Virus record (IMG/VR): IMGVR_UViG_3300017754_001741
Coordinates: 1-24,181 of that record
Source: a virus
Taxonomy: Duplodnaviria > Caudoviricetes
Length of the DNA stretch: 24,181 nt
Strand: one strand, 5' to 3'
Numbering within the stretch: the first letter of the stretch is position 1; every line of letters starts with the position of its first letter. Under the pieces are notes generated by a model. It saw nothing but the letters and a program-made list of their open reading frames with translations. It did not search any database and was not told the origin of the DNA. Below, one piece after another: positions 17,039 to 24,181 of the stretch. Position numbers and translations under genes: made by a program.

Positions 17039-17100
17039 CAAAAAATAATCTTGCTAAAGACTTGACAACCCGACTCGAGTCGGCTATCTTTAGATACATG
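17039..17100 (+). repeat. 62 bp direct repeat, copy A: UP element, promoter, operator (copy 5), leaderless ATG
   Basis: CAAAAAATAAT..., TTGACA (17062-17067), 17 bp, TATCTT (17085-17090), 7 nt, ATG 17098; 58/62 identical to 18340-18401. Confidence 0.9.
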
Positions 17101-17565
17101 AGCACGACATACATCAGCACCAAGACCCCAGTCATCGTCATTCCTTGTGGAGGCGCTAAGGCTTCCGAGGCTTGTGCCGCTCGCGATCTCTACATCGGCT
17201 CAGCCTTCCAAGAGCAACTCGCTGGAGCAATCGCCGAGGTCGGCGAGAACAACGTCTACATTCTCTCGGCGCTTCACGGTCTCATCGGCATCAACGACGT
17301 CATCGCTCCTTACGACGTCAAGATGGGCGACAAGGGCTCGATCAGCAAGACCGAAAAGGGCTTCCAGCGTCTCGTCCTCGGGATCATCTGGTACGGTCTC
17401 GAGGACGACGCTCTCGACGTTTACGCGATGCTCCCGAACGCTTACTTCTCCATTTTCGACAAGGCAATGCGCTACTGCGAGGCTGTCCCTCCAGCGCAGA
17501 CCTACGAAGCCACAGCTGGCATCGGCGAGCACAAGGCGATCTCAAAGAAGATGCGCCTCCGCTAG
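17098..17565 (+). CDS. DUF6884-like protein
   Basis: IVIPCGGAK....AARDLYIGSAF...YILSALHGL.......PYDVKM and GIGE motifs; true start at ATG 17098. Confidence 0.65.
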   Translation: MSTTYISTKTPVIVIPCGGAKASEACAARDLYIGSAFQEQLAGAIAEVGENNVYILSALHGLIGINDVIAPYDVKMGDKGSISKTEKGFQRLVLGIIWYGLEDDALDVYAMLPNAYFSIFDKAMRYCEAVPPAQTYEATAGIGEHKAISKKMRLR

Positions 17566-18362
17566 TGAGGTTCTACCTCGGGACGGATCAACCCGTCTGG
17601 CTGGAGAGGGCTGACCGCCCTCTCTTTCTGTCGTGGAACAGCGTCGCTCGATCCCGACATACCGCACGAGTGAATTGGGCTCTCGACTCAGGAGGCTTCA
17701 CGCAGATCGTCCGTCACGGGAGTTACGAAACGGATCCCGAGACCTACGCTCGGGGAGTCGCTCGTCTCCTGTCCGAAGTCGGCAGACTCCAGTTCGCTGT
17801 CGTACAGGATTACCCATGCGCGCCCCTCGCGCTCGAGATGACGAACCTCACCGTCGCCGAGCACCAACGTCTCACGATCGAGTCGACGCTCGATCTGGCG
17901 TCGATTGCTCCTGAGTTGCCTTGGGCTCCTGTCCTCACGGGGATAACGCCGAGCGACTTCCTGCGTCACGCCGACGCGTACGAGAGAGCTGGGGTCGATC
18001 TCCGATCCTTCGGGACCGTGTCGATCGGAGCCCTCGTCGGTCGGTCCTACCCCGATCAGCTCTCGGTGCTGACGGCTGTCGACACGCTCGGACTTCCGTA
18101 TCACGGGCTCGGGATCAAGGGTCGAACACTTCGATCAACTTGGCAGCTGCTACAGAGTGCTGACTCAATGGCGTGGTCGATGACAGCGCGCCGAGCTGAC
18201 GGTCCTCTCTGTCGCCCCGACGCGACTCATCAGAGGTGTAAAGGCTGTCTGATCTGGGCTCAGCGTTGGGCGGAGAAACTCGACGGATCCCTCGAAACGG
18301 AGACGTTTCAGCCTTCTCTTTTCCCTACGTTTCATGGCTCAAAAAATAATCCTGCTAAATAG
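17565..18362 (+). CDS. tRNA-guanine transglycosylase (TGT)/DpdA-like TIM-barrel protein
   Basis: GTG start overlapping TAG; RFYLGT, WALDSGGF, QDYPC, PVLTG, HGLGIK, SADSMAWS and terminal CxxC. Confidence 0.7.
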   Translation: MRFYLGTDQPVWLERADRPLFLSWNSVARSRHTARVNWALDSGGFTQIVRHGSYETDPETYARGVARLLSEVGRLQFAVVQDYPCAPLALEMTNLTVAEHQRLTIESTLDLASIAPELPWAPVLTGITPSDFLRHADAYERAGVDLRSFGTVSIGALVGRSYPDQLSVLTAVDTLGLPYHGLGIKGRTLRSTWQLLQSADSMAWSMTARRADGPLCRPDATHQRCKGCLIWAQRWAEKLDGSLETETFQPSLFPTFHGSKNNPAK

Positions 18363-18401
18363 TTGACAAGCCGACTCGAGTCGGCTATCTTTAGATACAT
18401 G
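18340..18401 (+). repeat. 62 bp direct repeat, copy B: UP element, promoter, perfect 18 bp operator (copy 6), leaderless ATG
   Basis: TTGACA (18363-18368), AGCCGACTCGAGTCGGCT (18369-18386), TATCTT (18386-18391), ATG 18399. Confidence 0.9.
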
Positions 18402-19133
18402 GACACATACACCACAGCAACACTCACCCCAGTCGAGATCGACACTCTCGTTCTTGACCTCTCTTGGAAGCAAGTTACGACAGCCGATCGCCTCGCTGGT
18501 CAGCACGACTTCCTTACCCGTTTTGTCGGTCGCGAACAGCACGTCGGCTACGGCTACAAGTCGACCTACTTCCACCCAACCGAGGACCGCACAATGGTCG
18601 CTGGCGAGGCTTACGCGATCGCTCGCGAGATGCTCGACAATGCTCCAATGACCTACGACGACGGAACTCCACGAGATCGCAAGTTCATCTGGAGCCACCG
18701 AGGAGCAACCCTCGACGAGGAGACCTTCGCTCGTATCGCCAACCTCGAGACAGAACTCGCCAAGATCACCGCAGAGCTGACAGCCCTCGAAGCCGAGTAC
18801 GTCGCTCGCGGAGGTTGGGATCGCTACTTCCTCGTCGCCTCCTCCTCGGGTCACATTCACTCGTCAACCTCCTGCCACACCTGCAACAAGGGCAAGAACC
18901 CAACGCAGTTCGCCCTCGTTCCTTCCCTCTCGAACATGAAGGTAGACGTCGCTGTCGAGGCACTCGGCGCAGGGCTCTGCTCGATCTGCTTCCCTGACGC
19001 GCCTGTCGAGATGCTCGAGCAGATGAAGATCAGCCAGTCACTCGCGACAATCCTCCGCGAGAAGGGCGAGTCCGCATTCGTCGAGGCTCGCCAGAAGGCA
19101 CAGGCTCGCGCACTCAAGAAAGCAGGTAAGTAA
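18399..19133 (+). CDS. Conserved actinophage-type hypothetical protein with Cys/His metal site
   Basis: GWDRYFLV....GHIHSSTSCHTC...LCSICFPDAPV; start at ATG 18399. Confidence 0.75.
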   Translation: MDTYTTATLTPVEIDTLVLDLSWKQVTTADRLAGQHDFLTRFVGREQHVGYGYKSTYFHPTEDRTMVAGEAYAIAREMLDNAPMTYDDGTPRDRKFIWSHRGATLDEETFARIANLETELAKITAELTALEAEYVARGGWDRYFLVASSSGHIHSSTSCHTCNKGKNPTQFALVPSLSNMKVDVAVEALGAGLCSICFPDAPVEMLEQMKISQSLATILREKGESAFVEARQKAQARALKKAGK

Positions 19134-19134
19134 G

Positions 19135-19389
19135 ATGACGCTCGACGAGCTGATCAACCGTCTGACGGAGATCCGAGAGGAGGTTGGAGGCGAGTTCCCC
19201 GTCAGGGGAGCCTTCCAGCCCAACTACGTTCTGCTCGCTGAGATCGACGCGATCTCGACGATCACCGAGTCAGGCGACGCCGACGGAGTGTTCATCGCTC
19301 TCGCCGACAGCCGTGAGTACGGCTCGGGGATCCACTACTCCGACGAGGTCGTCTACGCGACGATCTGCGACGAGGAGGAGTACGCGTGA
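19135..19389 (+). CDS. Small acidic hypothetical protein
   Basis: 84 aa, MTLDELINRL...AFQPNY; in operon. Confidence 0.7.
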   Translation: MTLDELINRLTEIREEVGGEFPVRGAFQPNYVLLAEIDAISTITESGDADGVFIALADSREYGSGIHYSDEVVYATICDEEEYA

Positions 19390-19634
19390 GAGTATCTCGC
19401 CGATCCCCTGAGCACCCCGTATTTGCGATCCCTCGCAACGGTCGCTGTTCCTGCGTATGTGGCTGTACGCACGTCCTGTCTCGTCACGAGATGGACGAGG
19501 TAGGCGACTGGTGCGACGCCTGCTTCGACGAGGGCGGACACGCCCCGACCCGACAGGGCGACGCCCGATCCTTCGACACCGATCCAACACCACCACACGG
19601 CATACGCCGACCTACAACAGGAGACACACAATGA
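19386..19634 (+). CDS. Cys-rich hypothetical protein
   Basis: GTGA and ATGA overlaps on both sides; CSCVCGC...WCDAC. Confidence 0.55.
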   Translation: MRVSRRSPEHPVFAIPRNGRCSCVCGCTHVLSRHEMDEVGDWCDACFDEGGHAPTRQGDARSFDTDPTPPHGIRRPTTGDTQ

Positions 19635-20026
19635 GAAACAGAGAGCTGGAGACGATCGCCACGATCCTCGCCACGACGGAGGACACCTACGACGACCTCG
19701 AGAGCCTCGACGAGGAGATCGTCCAGCGCGTCTGGAAGTACCTCGTCGGTTGCGGTATCGACCCCGAGGACTTCCGTACGAAGCGAGCCTCGAGCAAGGG
19801 CTTCGTCGTCGGACAGACATTGAGCGTACGTTCCCTCGGAGATTGGGACTGCGTGTTCACGTTCACCGTCACGAAGCGATCCGAGAAGTTCGTCACTCTC
19901 GACTGGCGAGGACAGGTATCGCGCGTCGCTATCCGTAAGTGGACCGACGACGTTGAGTATTGCTATCCCCTCGGGACCTACTCACTCGCGCCCCTTCTCC
20001 GAGCTGACGCGGAGGTAATCCAATGA
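19631..20026 (+). CDS. Hypothetical protein
   Basis: ATG 19631 after AGGAGA; C-terminal beta domain (FVVGQT..RSLGDWDCVFTFTVTKRSEKFVT). Confidence 0.7.
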   Translation: MRNRELETIATILATTEDTYDDLESLDEEIVQRVWKYLVGCGIDPEDFRTKRASSKGFVVGQTLSVRSLGDWDCVFTFTVTKRSEKFVTLDWRGQVSRVAIRKWTDDVEYCYPLGTYSLAPLLRADAEVIQ

Positions 20027-20208
20027 GCACTCCTCCTCGCCTGATCGCCTGCCTCAAGAAGGCGTACGACGCCCTCGAGGACGCACAGGCTCACGCCAAC
20101 TCCTTCGACCGTCCTGTCCTCGGTCGCGACCTCGACGACATTCGCTGGAGGCTGGGCGACTTCATCGCGAACCTCGAGATCGACGAGCGACTGGAGGCGA
20201 TCCGATGA
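20023..20208 (+). CDS. Small hypothetical protein
   Basis: 61 aa, GGAGGT RBS, ATGA overlaps. Confidence 0.65.
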   Translation: MSTPPRLIACLKKAYDALEDAQAHANSFDRPVLGRDLDDIRWRLGDFIANLEIDERLEAIR

Positions 20209-20525
20209 AAAGTGACTACTCACACGAGACGACCGAACTCCTCCTCTACCTCTGGAACGATCACGGTTGCTACGAGGCGTATGTCTTGCCTGTCTGCCGT
20301 AACCTCGCTCGGCTTCATGATCAGGGCAAATACACTCACGAGATAGCCCTCCGTCGAGTCCTGTGGGCTGTCAATCAGATCGCGAAGCAGTACAACCTCG
20401 AACACGGATCCATGACGACGAAGTGGTCATCGCTGTTCTCCCGAGCCGACAGAGACCGCGCAACAGAGGTCGTAGTCGAGCGTTTTATCATCGAGCTTCG
20501 CCTCGGCAATCGCTTCTGGGACTAG
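20205..20525 (+). CDS. Hypothetical phage protein
   Basis: 106 aa, GGAGG RBS; ELLLYLWND..Y...P...NL...GKY pattern; followed by a terminator. Confidence 0.7.
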   Translation: MKSDYSHETTELLLYLWNDHGCYEAYVLPVCRNLARLHDQGKYTHEIALRRVLWAVNQIAKQYNLEHGSMTTKWSSLFSRADRDRATEVVVERFIIELRLGNRFWD

Positions 20526-20540
20526 GGATACAGCCTGATC

Positions 20541-20596
20541 GAGACCCCGACGTCGCGACCTCACCCTCCGAGGTCGTGGCGCTCGGGGTCTCTTTT
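20541..20596 (+). terminator. Rho-independent terminator with long stem
   Basis: GAGACCCCGA-CGTCGCGACCTC-loop-GAGGTCGTGGCG-C-TCGGGGTCTC followed by TTTT. Confidence 0.85.
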
Positions 20597-20686
20597 CGCT
20601 AGGGTCTCAGTACCGAGCCATAGCGCCCCACCTCTCCAGAGCCACCGAGCCCGAGAGCGCCCCTGTCGCCTACAGAAAGAGTCCAC

Positions 20687-21160
20687 ATGACCTATCCCCG
20701 AAAGAGTCTCCTCCTCGCTGTCGTCTTATTCCTTGTCACTCCTGTCCCGATCGCCTCTGCCTCGATCCCTTCCGCCTCGGCTCCTGTCCCTGAGATCTGC
20801 CCTCAACTCCGTCCCCTCATCAAGGAGGTTGGTCTCCCTCCTGTCTTTCTCAAGATCGCCTACCGTGAATCCCGATGCCAACGCAAGGCTGTCGGCTGGA
20901 ACTATCGCCGAGGATCGGGACCGAGCGACTGTAAGAGCGTCCCCTTCCGCGACTACCTACAATCCTGCGGTAAGCACATCAGATCATTCGACTCTGGTTA
21001 CTGGCAAGTCAATAGCAGTTGGGTCTCTGTCACGAAGGCGATCTGCGGAAAGACTCCTCGAGAGGGAGCCCTATTCAACGCCAAATGTAATGCCCGTGTC
21101 GCGAAGTATCTCTACGAGAATGGCGGACTCAATCATTGGCGAGCCTCCTCGGGCTCGTAG
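20687..21160 (+). CDS. Secreted lytic transglycosylase/lysozyme-like protein
   Basis: Signal peptide; IAYRESRC (catalytic Glu), DSGYWQVN, N..VAKYLY...GLNHW. Confidence 0.8.
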   Translation: MTYPRKSLLLAVVLFLVTPVPIASASIPSASAPVPEICPQLRPLIKEVGLPPVFLKIAYRESRCQRKAVGWNYRRGSGPSDCKSVPFRDYLQSCGKHIRSFDSGYWQVNSSWVSVTKAICGKTPREGALFNAKCNARVAKYLYENGGLNHWRASSGS

Positions 21161-21197
21161 CACCACCGACACGCTCGATGCTGTAACATGATCGACG

Positions 21198-23066
21198 ATG
21201 CCTGATCGCCGACCCCGAAACAGAACGCCTCAGTTCAATAGCCTTGTCGCAGCTGCCGAGATTATGCTTGCGCCGAATCTTGGAGTGCGAGCGTCCTCGT
21301 CGATCTCTGTTCACGGCTGGCATCACGACGCTTGGGACTACTACGACACGATCGGCGAGCTTCGCTTCGGCGTCAACTGGATCGCCAATGCGATGTCTCG
21401 AGTCAACCTCGTCGCCGCTCGACCTCCTGACAGCCCCGGCGGAGACCCGATCATCATCGACCCCGAGGACCCGATCAACTCCCCAGCGCAGAAGCGCGCG
21501 GCGGAGATTGTTGCCCTCATCGCAGGCGGACAATCGGGACAAGGGCAAATGCTCCTCTCATTCGGTATCCACCTCTCCGTCACGGGCGTAGCTTGGCTCG
21601 TTGCTGAGCCCTCCCTCGACGATCCTCTTTCCGATCGCTTCGATACTTGGCTCGTCCTGTCGACGGAGGAGATCCGCGAAACACGAGAAGGCAGAGTCGA
21701 GATCCGAGTCGGGGAGAAGCGTTGGCGCGATCTCCACCCGAACGCGATCGTCGTACGCGTCTGGCGCAAGCACCCTCGACGCTCATGGGAGCCCGACGCT
21801 CCTGTCCGAGGCGTCCTCGCTGTCCTCTCCGAGATCGACCTCCTCAACCGTCACATACACGCGACCGCGACGTCTCGCCTCGCTGGAGCTGGAGTGCTGG
21901 CGATCCCTTCTGAGGCTGTATTCCCTCCGGGTCAGGGACCTCAAGCGTCTCAGCCCGTCGACCCCGACGATCAGAACACCACAGCGCCCGAGGACGGCTT
22001 CGTCGACACTCTGATTGACGCGATGACTACGCCCCTCATCGACCGAGGATCCGCAGCTGCGGTCGTCCCTCTCGTCGTCAAGGTTCCCGGCGAACTCGTC
22101 GACAAGATCAAGCACCTCAGTTTCTCGACGCCTTTCGACGATCGCGTCATGGACCTCCTCGATCAAGCGATCAAGCGTCTTGCTCTCGGTCTCGACATAC
22201 CGCCCGAAGTCCTGACGGGGACAGGCGGAATGAACCATTGGGGCGCTTGGCAGGTTGCCGAGGAAGCGATCACGCTTCACATTGAGCCCCTGTCTGAGAC
22301 CGTCGTCCACGCGCTTACGATCGGCTTCCTCGAGGCGGCTCTGACCGCAGAGGGCTACGATCCGAGCGAGGCAATGATCTGGTACGACACGTCGGACCTC
22401 CGCACTAAGCCTGATAAGACCGCGAGCGCGCTCGAGGCATACGACCGAAACGAACTCTCAGCCGACGCCCTCCTTCGCGAAATGGGCTTCTCACCCGAGG
22501 ACGCACCCGACGACGAGGAGCGCAGGCGCAATGTTCTGCTCTCTGTTGTTCGAGGAGCGCCGACTCTCGCCCCGAGCATTCTCATGGACCTCGGCTACCT
22601 CAGCGCGCCAGAGATCGCCGAAGGTGTCTCAGTCGTCGAGGACGCGAAGGCGATCTCAACTCCCGAGATCACGGCTCCAGCCCCCGAGCAGACGGTCCCC
22701 GAAACGCAACCCACGAGCGTCGGACAGGCGGCTCTGCTTGCTTCGTGCGACATGATCGTACGCCGAGCACTCGAACGCGCAGGATCTCGTCTACGTTCTG
22801 CCGTTGGGAAGGGACAGCCCGGCGGAGCTTCCTCCGTAGTGTGCGCGGATCCCTCAGCTCTCCATACGCACTTCGACGCGACAGCGCACTCTGACCTCGG
22901 ATCACTCCTCGAGGGAGCGTGGATCCTTGTCCCTGAGATCGCGGAACGCTACAACGTCGACGCTGAGGCGCTGACCCTGTCCCTCGACACCTACACGCGA
23001 GCCCTTCTCGCGTCGAAGCAGGAGCACAAGTATGGACGCCTTGAGAGCGCCCTCGAACCTGCCTGA
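21198..23066 (+). CDS. Portal protein
   Basis: 622 aa; AWDYYDTIGELRF...W.AN..SR, RLAGAGVL.IP, AIKRLALGLDIPPEVLTG..MNHWGAW as in actinophage portals; position after TerL and before MuF. Confidence 0.88.
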   Translation: MPDRRPRNRTPQFNSLVAAAEIMLAPNLGVRASSSISVHGWHHDAWDYYDTIGELRFGVNWIANAMSRVNLVAARPPDSPGGDPIIIDPEDPINSPAQKRAAEIVALIAGGQSGQGQMLLSFGIHLSVTGVAWLVAEPSLDDPLSDRFDTWLVLSTEEIRETREGRVEIRVGEKRWRDLHPNAIVVRVWRKHPRRSWEPDAPVRGVLAVLSEIDLLNRHIHATATSRLAGAGVLAIPSEAVFPPGQGPQASQPVDPDDQNTTAPEDGFVDTLIDAMTTPLIDRGSAAAVVPLVVKVPGELVDKIKHLSFSTPFDDRVMDLLDQAIKRLALGLDIPPEVLTGTGGMNHWGAWQVAEEAITLHIEPLSETVVHALTIGFLEAALTAEGYDPSEAMIWYDTSDLRTKPDKTASALEAYDRNELSADALLREMGFSPEDAPDDEERRRNVLLSVVRGAPTLAPSILMDLGYLSAPEIAEGVSVVEDAKAISTPEITAPAPEQTVPETQPTSVGQAALLASCDMIVRRALERAGSRLRSAVGKGQPGGASSVVCADPSALHTHFDATAHSDLGSLLEGAWILVPEIAERYNVDAEALTLSLDTYTRALLASKQEHKYGRLESALEPA

Positions 23067-23937
23067 TCCGAGGAACCGCAGGGAAACAGAGGCATGGCTC
23101 GATCGCCGATCTGAGAGCCTGTCCGACTCGATCGCCCGATCCCTCAAGAAGGTCGTCACGACTGCTTACGAGCGTTTCCTCGCGACACTCCCTGAGACCT
23201 CGATCGTCTCGTCACTCACGGCGGCAGGAGACTTCCACGCCTTCGACTCGATCGTCGGACAATGGAGACTGATTTACGATCGAGAGATCGCTCCCGAGAT
23301 CGAGGAGACCTACCTATCGGGATCAATGTCCGCCTTTACTCAATCTCCCGGCGCAGTCGCGATGACTTCCGCAGAGGTCGCGTCATGGGCTCGCGTAACG
23401 AATGATCAGGCTGTCTCTTACATGGCGAAGGCATCGAATCGCCTTGCTGGAGTTGGAGACACAATCTGGCAAGACGTCCGCAATCGAGTGACCTCGGCTG
23501 TCGCCTCGGGCATGAGCAACGAGGAACTCAAGGATCAGATCGGCAAACTCGCGGACTTCTCGGAGTATCGCGCTGACACGATCGCGAGGACAGAGACGAT
23601 CGGAGCGTACGTCAACGGAGATTGGGAGGGCGCTCAGCTCCTCGGAGAATACGGTCCCGTTGAGAAGGTCTGGGTCGCGACAGGCGACGCGCGAGGTCGC
23701 GAGTGGCATACGGACATGATGAGCGAGTCGATCCCCGTAGACGAGCCCTTCGACGTCGACGGTGAGCCAATGATGTATCCCCACGATCCGAGCGGCTCCG
23801 CGTTCAACGTCGTCAACTGTCGTTGCTACGTCGAGTTCCTGTATCCGGGCGACACGCGCCCTAACGGATCCGTCATTCCCGAGATCGAAGCAGTAGAACA
23901 GAGTCCTTACACGCCTGTGCAACTCCCTGAGATCTGA
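23032..23937 (+). CDS. MuF-like head morphogenesis (minor capsid) protein
   Basis: RADTIARTET, KVWVATGD.R.R..H, PF.VDGE.MMYP.DP, VNCRC; start uncertain (23032-23059). Confidence 0.88.
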   Translation: MDALRAPSNLPDPRNRRETEAWLDRRSESLSDSIARSLKKVVTTAYERFLATLPETSIVSSLTAAGDFHAFDSIVGQWRLIYDREIAPEIEETYLSGSMSAFTQSPGAVAMTSAEVASWARVTNDQAVSYMAKASNRLAGVGDTIWQDVRNRVTSAVASGMSNEELKDQIGKLADFSEYRADTIARTETIGAYVNGDWEGAQLLGEYGPVEKVWVATGDARGREWHTDMMSESIPVDEPFDVDGEPMMYPHDPSGSAFNVVNCRCYVEFLYPGDTRPNGSVIPEIEAVEQSPYTPVQLPEI

Positions 23938-23938
23938 C

Positions 23939-24181
23939 GTGAGGCGTCTCCTGTCGCTCGTTAGCCTCGTGGCGGTCGCGTTCGGCACTCTCGCGCCACA
24001 CTCTGCCGAAGCCTCGTCTCCGGGGCTCTCCGTTACCGCTTACAGCATCTCGGAGTTCCCTCCGACACGCTCCGACACGGAGTACCCTCTCTGCGGCTTC
24101 CGAGTCGACCCTTTCGTGAACATACAGTACGAGTACGATCCGATCGGCAGCTGCGGAGGCGACTCTTTCCTCGTTCATTAC
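23939..24181 (+). CDS. Secreted protein, possibly PA14-like domain; 3' truncated, not in ORF track
   Basis: GTG 23939 opens MRRLLSLVSLVAVAFGTLAPHSAEA (signal peptide, AEA cleavage) SSPGLSVTAY...CGGDSFLVHY, open to the window end. Confidence 0.6.
   Translation, partial: MRRLLSLVSLVAVAFGTLAPHSAEASSPGLSVTAYSISEFPPTRSDTEYPLCGFRVDPFVNIQYEYDPIGSCGGDSFLVHY

Noticed and set aside
17172-17564. Arg-rich N-terminal extension of the 396 aa ORF
   Set aside because: Shadow frame of the DUF6884-like gene; the real protein begins at GTG 17565.
338-18386. Repeated palindrome as a CRISPR repeat, REP or transposon end
   Set aside because: Copies are dispersed, not regularly spaced, have no cas or transposase genes, and keep a fixed promoter register.
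17062-18398. Shared N-terminal peptide MT(T/S)RLESAIFRY in ORFs 17062 and 18363
   Set aside because: Artifact: the TTG starts are the -35 TTGACA of the repeated promoter; true starts are ATG 17098 and 18399.

Overview
A 24 kb segment of a tailed dsDNA phage or prophage with a GC-rich, probably actinobacterial host; the portal and the terminase-DUF1360-portal layout recall cluster B-like actinophages. Almost all genes are on the + strand and joined by ATGA or short stop/start overlaps. From left to right: early and recombination genes (SprT-like protease fragment, ERF annealing protein); a ~570 bp highly structured non-coding gap; a PAPS-reductase-like PP-loop enzyme; HNH; HTH proteins; an N4/N6 DNA methyltransferase; a Gp88-like Fe-S protein; and a contiguous ParB - TET/JBP-like oxygenase - amino acid:DNA transferase-like - PLP enzyme - P-loop kinase cluster that looks like a wholly post-replicative thymine hypermodification pathway. 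Terminases follow, then a ~5 kb accessory block between terminase and portal (second PAPS-reductase paralog, DUF6884-like gene, TGT/DpdA-like gene, early-type hypotheticals, transglycosylase), then portal, MuF-like head protein and a secreted protein. The main non-coding signal is an 18 bp palindromic operator (AGCCGACTCGAGTCGGCT) in six copies, five filling the 17 bp spacer of a sigma70-type promoter; two lie inside a 62 bp direct repeat that brackets the DUF6884/TGT module. GGCC and CCWGG appear to be absent. All family assignments come from motif recognition by eye; no searches were run.
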